In this document: positions 55,652 to 64,000 of the stretch, piece by piece
Numbering within the stretch: position 1 is the stretch's first letter
Layout: the number at the start of each line of letters is the position of its first letter
From: Nitrospirales bacterium
GTDB lineage: Bacteria; Nitrospirota; Nitrospiria; Nitrospirales; UBA8639
Reading direction: 5' to 3'
DNA: 64,000 nucleotides
NCBI GenBank assembly: GCA_965203295.1
Contig: CBDBCZ010000015.1
Span: 384,001 to 448,000 of the forward strand
Notes under the pieces: generated by a model
The model's input: the letters and a program-made list of their open reading frames with translations, nothing else
Databases searched by the model: none
What the model was told of the DNA's origin: nothing
Translations under genes and position numbers: made by a program

Positions 55652-58600
55652 ATGGAGCAAGAAATACTACAGCGGAGGAATTTCTTATTTAATATAGTAT
55701 ATCAAAAGGCCGCCTCTTTCTATATCACCTATATTCCAAAGCCTATGCGGTGGAGTATGGAGGCAAGCCTTCTTGTAACAGTAAGTTGGAAATGATATTT
55801 TTAAAATCACAAGAACTGTACGGTCTGGATTGTAAGTAGGCTATACTATGGTATCAGTTTAGGCTGTCAGACTCTAAGTGTCCTAATGCCAGTCAGCTTG
55901 TGTGGTTTCAACATAGATATATATAGCATTCTATCTATGGTTTCAGTACCCGATATAGCCGCATGAAGGATGTTGCCGGAGTAAACTAAAGTAACTCCCA
56001 TTTGTCAACTAACAAGCTGAAGAAGTTAGTTATAGATTCTCTTGCATCTGTGGTCAGGTATTTGCCTCAAACCCAGCTGCCCCAGCTTATATACGGGGAG
56101 AAAAAGTGATACGAAAACATGGTATGCTCTATGCTCACAGAAAGTCTTCCTGTAAGGTCATTCCAACTGGTACTTTAGCTTCAGATCTTCCCATATGAGG
56201 AAGACTGATATACCAGCACTTAATATTACGTGTAGGATATTCACAGCAGCAATAGCAGGCAGAAAAAAACAGATCTCGAGGAAAGTACAAGTTTCGTTTC
56301 ATAGCTGCATGAAAGGCATGGAGTAGTTTGATGATGTCACTGGAATGTATGTTGTGAGGGAAGAAACTAGGTACCTTGCAGTGTTTACTTCTCTCTTCTT
56401 GTGCGTACACTATGGAGATGCTACAGGCTTGTATCATTACAAAATTGTGTGGTTGACCTGTCCTGCCCACTAAGTCTGGCCATGTCTCGGTACTCATTTC
56501 CTAACTTGATACTACATGTAAGTATTACACTGCTTATGTTTACCGCTACTTGGTAAAGCCTTCTGTTGAGTATTTAAAATCCCTGTTTTCAATGAAGTGA
56601 ATCCAGACATTATGGGGTGGAATCAGTACTGGTGTACCCTCCATTTTTATTTCACGAAGAAAAAATCGATGTGGAGAATGTCGTATGTGACCTAACTATT
56701 TACAGCATAAATGAGCTTAGGAAGCAATTTGTCCTAGGTCAGGGAAATATCTGGGACAGTACTCATTAAAACAGCTGAATCATACTTTGTGCAGAATAGT
56801 TTTAGAAGATGACGTAGGGTTAGGGTTAGGCTCTGGTGTAAGGTGTTTTACATTAATTATGGTGGTACTACAGATATGGCCTGCCAGTTCTCTTAGCAGC
56901 ATTTGTGATCTGTTTGTAGATGTACTCCAAAGGAAACTGGCTGGCTATGTATGTTGCCCCTGAACCGGGAACACCAGTAATATGGGTCAATGATCATGAT
57001 TGAAGGCTCCAAACACACTCTTTCTATGCTAATTCGATGTCCAAATATCGATGGTATCTAAAGATTGTGCCTGCTTCACTCCCCTGCCTTTAACAGAAAC
57101 TGGGAAAAAGTTAATTGCTCTCTATGTGTTTGTTTTGTCAGTGTCTTTTTTCCCAGGAGAGATCGACACAAAGGTTTGCAAACACTCGTTTTGATACGTC
57201 CATATGCATGCCAGGAGACATGAATGCAAGCTGCTGACCTCTTTGCTAAATGTATGATTAGACAAATGGTAGAGTGATATGCTTAAATAATGGTTTCAGT
57301 ATCACATTCTACATTATCATCAGATCAAATGCCCTGCTGTTTGTGTGTACACAAATAGGCCAGGAGAAGGCCAGGTTTTGAACCAAGGCATCGATCCAGA
57401 GTGGTCTCCTTGTATGCAACAAGAAAAGTTGATTAGCCTCACCCCCACTTACATCAGTGGATTACTTAGTGGGATACTGAAGTGCATGATCCTTAGCTTT
57501 CATGTCTGGTTAAGAACCAGATATTTTCTTGTACTAGCTGCCTGACAAGTGTAGGACTGCCCTGTGCATGGTGTAATAGCAGCTACCAACAAGAATTCTA
57601 TCTCTGACCTTTAAATGTACATTTCTTATTTTTGTTTCTGTAGGCTTTTGTAGTACTACTGTTGTGGGGATACGTACACTTCATTTTCATCCTTGATCCT
57701 AAAGACTGCTTGCAGCATGTAACAGAGCGACCACTCCCACCTGATGTTATACTGCAAGTAGAAACCTTCACGAACTCTACATTTCTATGGAATGAACGAG
57801 ATCTGACACTTTCGAAAGTGTACAGATCCATTTCTGAAGAGAACTATTCACCATACTCAAGTGATGATGAACATATTCATGATAATTTCTTGTCTGAATA
57901 TTCAGTAGCAGCTGGAGACCACATGCTTGATATTGCAGAAGCAATATATAGTATATTTGGTATTCAGAATTCCCTTTCAAATTCAGCTGCCCATGACAAT
58001 AGCTTGCATTCAGATGAGCCAACCATAGAAGAAGTGCAAAGCAGTGATGCTGTGGCTAGTAATGAAAAGTACGTATGGACCAATGAGCCACACGAAGATG
58101 ATGTTAAGGAAATTGCAAGCTCCGACTCAGTCCATTCACAGAGATATGCAGTATTTATGGAGTCCCATGCACTTTATGACCTTTTTGATATATATCGTAA
58201 GTGAATAATTGAATTACCAGATTGAATATGCATATGCCCACTGCTTAGGTACAGTCATTTCTATGCACATCAATACACTGAGTATTTGGTGTTCTTTTCA
58301 ATTATCAGGTCTCAGACTTTTATCTTTTGATTATACAATTTTGGAGTTCTCCCAGGAGCCTGGTTACCTGAGTCTGTCACAGTCAGCACGAGCTCGACTC
58401 AACATCACTACTATCAAGACATACGTTGGTGCGTATTATGGGTATGTGCATGCTTTTTATCATGTTATTAGGTTCTGTTACCATCCTAACAATTAACTAA
58501 GTGAGAATGAATAAAATTTCAACGGCGGCTAAATCCTGTAAACAACTTCCTTAGTGTAGTTAGCAAGCGGAGTCTGCTAGAGGGGGTAGTTACAATAATG

Positions 58601-61600
58601 TAGACTACCATAGTACCTATACATATGTATCAGGTATTTTAAACTGCTAAGAAAATTCATTAGCTCTCTTCTACGTGTACATACAATGCAACTAGAGGGC
58701 ATGTACTGTAGGTCGCATAATGTTGTACTGAACTCATGGAGTACTGAAGTAAACCGTTACTCAACTGAAGACAGGTATCACCAATCAGGGTAGTAACAAC
58801 CAGCGTCATTCATGCAGTAAGTTTTTTCCTTTTTGTAGATCCTGAGAATACCACATGCTTTGGAGGCCCACTTGGCCAGTTCTTGTCGAAGTATTTCCTT
58901 GGATATGAAATGATGATTATTGCCAGTTTCAAGAATCTCTTTCCACATGGGCACTGTAAGTCTACAGCTCTAGTTCTCACTAATTTGAAGCAATGTGGGT
59001 CTTTTATTCATTAATTTATCTGCTTGCATACATCAAATGAGTGGTCTCACACTACTGTAGTATATTATGCATTTGGCATCGATGCAGCTTCTGGGTACGT
59101 GAAGAACCTTGTTACTGGAAGCCAGTACTATTATCGAGTACAATGGATGGGCAAATGGCGGTATGGAGCTGGAATACTACCTGCACTTTTCTTTGTGAGT
59201 CTGTACTTTACCCTAAAATTTGAGTAGAAATTATTGATAATTATTGCTCAAAGTCTGTCGATCGATGATCTAGCCCTCTGCCCATTTTGGAACTTGAAAT
59301 ATCCCACAAGTAACTGACTTTGTGCCTACAGTACTGGCAAAATTAAAGGTGACATATGTAAGTGTTTACTCATATTATGTTGAATCCTGCTACTTATGGC
59401 AGTAGAGAACAGCTTAATTATCACTACTGAAACAGCTGAAGCATTGTGCCTGTATGTACGTAAGTGTTTATGTAGTGGCTACAGCCACGGCTCAGCATGT
59501 CTGCATACATACTGGCATATACAGGTATACAGCTATGCCTACAGTAAAAAATACACATACTTCTGCTCGTTGCTTTCTTGTTTCTTATTTACATTCCCAA
59601 ATGTTTTATAAGGAGACTTTTATATACATAAGTCCATGTTGTTCTCCATACAGACACTGGTGGCTTCACTATTAATAAGACAAGTTCATTACCACTTTTT
59701 CAAGTTCCTCAGTAAGTTTGAGAGTGTTTCTTACTAGCCTTACTGTGCTCAAGAAAACCCCCATATAGCACCTGTTGTACATGTAGCTATGAGCTCTTAG
59801 CATTCACCAACCTTGTGATGGCGTGCTATCGTTGCCCATGATGGCATCAGGCCTGCTGCAGGCAGATGTGACCCAAAGGTCTTTACACCTCTGAAGCAGC
59901 CGATTATTGATGCAAATCAATTTAAGTATACATGTAATTGTGAACTGTCATGTAGCACTCTTGTAAGCATCTTAGTGTATTACTAGCCTTAAAAGGATAC
60001 CAGTTCAAGTGATAGTGAATCCAAGGGAAATCAACCAAACGAATGTGAAGGAAATGAGAGGAGTGATGGCCCAACTACCAACAAACTATATTCAGTCAGA
60101 ATGCGCTCCTGATACAGCCTATGAATACTTTATTGTCAATTGCACTATGACTATACGTAGCTATGCTAGAGACTTTAAAGTAAAGTAATCATTAAGTACA
60201 GTAGTGCAGTGCAAGGTGTGGTACGGCCATTGCCATGCCAGTTGCACTGCGCCTGGATGTGCATGTGTATATAACTAATGTACAGTATGCAGTATGCAGG
60301 TTGAAGTAGTGTCTGTAGCGGTGGTATGTGCCCAGTAACAGTCAGAGCTCTGGACTAGTCTACCTATATTTACTATGAAATGGTTTCAGATTTGTGTAGC
60401 CAATTTTATAGATAGCATGATTGAGTGATATACGTAGATAGCAGCAAAATGTACTGATATTTTATTCTTTTTTAGTACACTTTCACAATCTCCTGAATCA
60501 AGGCATCCCTATGCCCATTCAGACTGGAGCTCAGATTCCATTTTTGATCATTACGTATGCTGCTATTGGTGAGTACTCTCATAAAATTCTTCACTTCAGT
60601 GTATGTAGTGATTTCATCTTTTCCCTCAGGTTTGATTATAGTAATGAGTGAAGCTCTCAGTGATGACAGTTTATTCTCTATTTTTATGGTGTTCACTGTT
60701 TGGGAGGCAGATCAGTTCTATGCCATTTTTTGCAAGCAAGATATCTCAAAGCAATTTTTCCCATGGTACGTACATATTTGATACATAAGGAAGCAGTGAT
60801 TGCTGCTTGTATTATCTTGAGTACCTTGCCTATTAATTCCTGTCCAACAAATTGTTGAGCTACAGAAATATTATACGCTTTGTGTGCAATTTAAAACACT
60901 TTTTTTTTTTTTCAGGTTCTTTTTTCTTTATCACTTCATTCCCTATGCCTACTATGTGAGGTTTAATGGCCAGTTCTGGTTTATTCCATTCCTGTTCCAT
61001 TGGTTACTTCTCCAGGTATGTTTATTAACCCTTGGCGCACATGCGCAGCGAGGGTTACAGTACTCAGTTTGTGTGCGAGTGTGTGTGTCTGTTACCTCGC
61101 TAACAGCTACGCCGTTAACGTATGGGTGCAAAGTAAGACACGAATCGAAAGCAAATGTGGTATCACTGGTTTTGACATGTGCGTGTGCCTTCAGCTTTTA
61201 GCTTGTGTCTTCTGCCCATGCATGCATGAAATAATAAAAGAGTAACAGACAATACAAAGTATTATATGCTATTAAAAAAAGAAACTACTATGGGATACAA
61301 ACGTAAGATTTAATACTGTATTTGCAACATTTTCTTTTTGCTTACTCATTCTAGATGCCGAAGTGTAGCATAATTATTTAGTATTTCGCAATAATCACGC
61401 CGAGGGTTATGCACTTCTGTGCTTTCATTGTCCTTGCAGACAGTTTGCTCTTATGTTCATGCAGCTGCCAATGGGTGGCCCTGATCCTTTGATAATAATT
61501 GTCTTTCCTTGCTGTTGCAGCATGCAATGCTCTACTTCTTGCACTACTGGGAGCTCCCAGCTGCACTTTTGGCCAGGCAAGGGGCCATACCAGTTCCACG

Positions 61601-62009
61601 AGACATCCAACCAAACTTACAAGACCAGTTGGCAGAAGAACCCCCTGCTGATGGGCAGGAGAACCAGGTCCCTCCACCTGTGTATGAGTTGAGTGACAAT
61701 GAAGATTTAGCTGAAGCTCAACCTGTTGAGGATCCTAGAAACAGGAGACAACGAACTGAAAATAGTCAAAGATTACCACACCAACCTGTGGTAACTCAAC
61801 GTATTTCAGGGGGCATTCATGTTGACGCTGATGGTGGAACTCGTGAACAGCAAAATGAATTTTCAAAAGAAGAGTGTAATTTTGGTGGCCCTTCCGCTCT
61901 TGTGAATGTGTCATCTACATCCATTAGATATAAGGACCAGCGGTCAATGTACAGGAGAAGTTACTCAACAGGTGGGACTGATGTTTCAGTGACAATGAAC
62001 AATTGGTGA
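55652..62009 (+). CDS. TMEM259: Membralin (ER multi-pass membrane protein, ERAD-associated), complete 10-exon gene, 633 aa
   Basis: Exons: 55652-55780, 57644-58196, 58309-58428, 58839-58955, 59088-59194, 59654-59711, 60476-60568, 60630-60765, 60916-61015 and 61521-62009. All introns are GT-AG with compatible phases, giving a 1902-nt open frame. Motifs YVHFIF..DCLQHV, EFSQEPGYLSLSQSARARL, DPENTTCFG..FLGYE, GYVKNLVTG, VWEADQFYAIFC, FFFLYHFIPYAYYVRFNGQF and HAMLYFLHYWELPA match the membralin family. Confidence 0.93.
61025..61425 (+). mobile_element. Helentron-associated (DINE-1/HINE-like) element in membralin intron 9
   Basis: 5' hairpin TAACCCTTG..CGAGGGTTA, GT-rich tract, 3' repeat GCCGAGGGTTA (61399-61409) and hairpin GCAC-TTCT-GTGC. 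Confidence 0.6.
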
Positions 62010-62679
62010 GGTTGTCGCTTCAATGAGAATCTAATGCATATATAACTACACTGTATAGAAAGGTGTTCAAAATCGAATGATGTAAAATGAATACACACAG
62101 GATTTTGCATTTCATTGGAGACATGCGTAGTTTATACACACCCGATTTTATTACATGATACCTTGTGTGTCAATGCATGCATGAAATGGCATTATGTAAT
62201 TGCTTGTTTGTGGGGTATTTTTCTTCTGAATCTGATGGGGTTGGGGTCTGTAGGTCTTGAAAATACACAAATATGCATGAACATAATTATTGTACCATGG
62301 TAAGGCGCCTGTATATACAGTGCACGTGGAGGATGTGGACGTGACCACCATGCAAAGGCCTACCTATGTGATGGGGGACAAGGTTAAGGAGGAGTTGGAG
62401 CACTATGGTAATACAGATTCAGTGGACACCAGCAAGCCCCCCCTCACAAGGGCTATCAGGGATCACTGCACACAGCAGAGTCTCCACCCCTGCAAACACC
62501 CATCAGAGATCACTAGACACCAGTAGAGCCCCCCAAAAGGCCATCTGAGATTACTGGAGACCACCCCACTGCAACTACAATACTGTAGAATCGGGATAAT
62601 AAGCGCCCATCGAAAATAAGCACCCCATGAATATAAGCACCCAATTAGATTACAACAACTATATCCCAATAGTAAGCAC

Positions 62680-63580
62680 TGTCACGTTTAATTTGGACCC
62701 CCTTCAAATTTGTTCCCCCCAGAATGAATTTTTATGAAATATATGGACCCCCCCCCCACCTAATAAATTTGTTTCCCCATGGGCCTGCGCGTGCAAGTTT
62801 GGATTGATTGTTGGCCTACGCTGTTCAGCCGGACGAGTTCATCCAGATTTGAACACTGGACTTGGGCATTGGGTTACAATTTCCACGATTGAAACATCCC
62901 ACTCAACTGTACATGTGTATGATAGCCTATACTTTTGTGCTGTAATGGCCACAGAGAAACCAGATTGCTGCTGTAATGGCCACAGAGAAACCAGAGTTAA
63001 TCCTCGAATTTATGGATGTACCGATTCAGTCAGGCACATTATGACTGTGGACTGTTTGCGATCACATTTGCCACTGCACTAGCCCTGGGAGAGAAGCCAG
63101 AGCTGTTCTTTTTCGATCAATCAAAGATGCGGGCACACCTCTGGCAGTGCCTTGAGAGAGGGAGGATAGAGATGTTTCCTGTCGTAAGGAAGCGGAGAGT
63201 AAAGAAGTCTTCAGTGAAGACTGTTGAAGAATTAAGTTCCAGTCTACTGCAAGTGTCGGATGCCAGAGTTACCTGGTGAACGGATGATAGAGTGTTTGTG
63301 TAAGGACTGGTACCACATAGACACTTGTGTGGGTGGTGCACTAATTCCTAGCCATCTTGACAGTAGTTTATCCTGGTTTTGTAAAAGTGTTTGTAAACTG
63401 CCGACATGTTGTTTATTAAGGACATCAGATTCTATGAGGGGGTCCATATTTTCCAAAGAAAAAGTTTTGGGGGGGTCTGTATACTTTAAAAAACTAGTTC
63501 GGGCACATGACTTTGGAGGGGTCCAAATTTTGCAGTGAAATACGTTTCGGGGGTCCATATTTTTTGAAAAATTAGTTCCA
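62680..63580 (+). mobile_element. Ginger1-like DNA transposon deletion derivative carrying Ulp1 (C48) and PHD remnants
   Basis: Starts TGTCAC with GGACCCCC subterminal repeats, mirrored by GGGGGTCC repeats at 63437-63560. Frameshifted GHWVTIST..VHVYDSLY, YDCGLFAITFATALA and CRMPE..MIEC..CKDWYH..C..WFC. The integrase core is absent. Confidence 0.7.
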
Positions 63581-63581
63581 G

Positions 63582-64000
63582 TGTCAGAAACTTTTGGGGC
63601 CCCCATGGATTTGGGTCCCCCCCAGCCCCATTTCCACAGGATATTGGGGCCCCCGTCATAAATCTGAGGCCCCCTTTCCACTGGGTAATGTTAAGCAATC
63701 GCTTACAAGTCTATCGTTTCGTAAAGTGCGTGCATCAATGCCTGTCAATAAAACAAAGTGCACAAACTTCCCTAAGCACTTTGGGGTGTGATAATCATCA
63801 TGGAGGAGACGGAGAAAGAAGGACGATTCGATTACAGCAAAATTTATGCGTACATGCGTAGAACTGACATCCCAGCTTGGGTATGTCCGCAGTGCAACCA
63901 TGGAGAACAACGCACACCTTAAATTTAAACCCTGCTATTTAACTTTGACCAAGATTGTACATGCATAGCTATTTACATGCATAGCTATACACACTATAAT
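63582..64000 (+). mobile_element. Second Ginger1-like remnant abutting or nested in the first element's right end
   Basis: Starts TGTCAG with GGGGCCCCC repeats. The mini-ORF at 63800-63922 joins MEETEKEGRFDYSKIYAYMR to WVCPQC (PHD C-terminus). Confidence 0.5.

Overview
AT-rich, intron-containing animal DNA. It is probably from a demosponge or another early-branching metazoan; this is inferred from the SRCR/EGF/Ig exons and the repeat families and is not proven. Most ORFs in the supplied track are spurious. The only complete, intact gene I can assemble is a 10-exon membralin (TMEM259) gene at 55652-62009 (+). Two in-phase 3' exons of a gene encoding MALT1-like tandem Ig domains lie at 34156-36027 (-). 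The first ~55 kb is otherwise a graveyard of unprocessed gene fragments: RCL1, a kinesin neck/stalk in two copies, EGF-EGF-SRCR exons, a SENP/Ulp1 protease and an orphan TM exon. These are embedded in three segmental duplications: two inverted (1121-2754/9741-11371 and 12743-16232/17746-21272) and one direct (23004-28179/46977-51545). Mobile elements are dense: one LINE family in several copies, Helentron-type elements, MITEs of piggyBac, pogo/Tc1, P-like, AcademH-like and Harbinger-like type, a tRNA-derived SINE, and two Ginger1-like remnants. Comparing the duplicate copies shows a filled/empty piggyBac site and probable Tc1/pogo excision footprints. I found no prokaryote-style system (CRISPR, operon) and cannot claim a clearly new biological system. 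The best leads are the caspase-less MALT1-like Ig gene, an unclassified insertion with a repeat-spacer motif, a tandem tRNA-like pair, and the link between Helentron ends and gene-fragment or duplication breakpoints.
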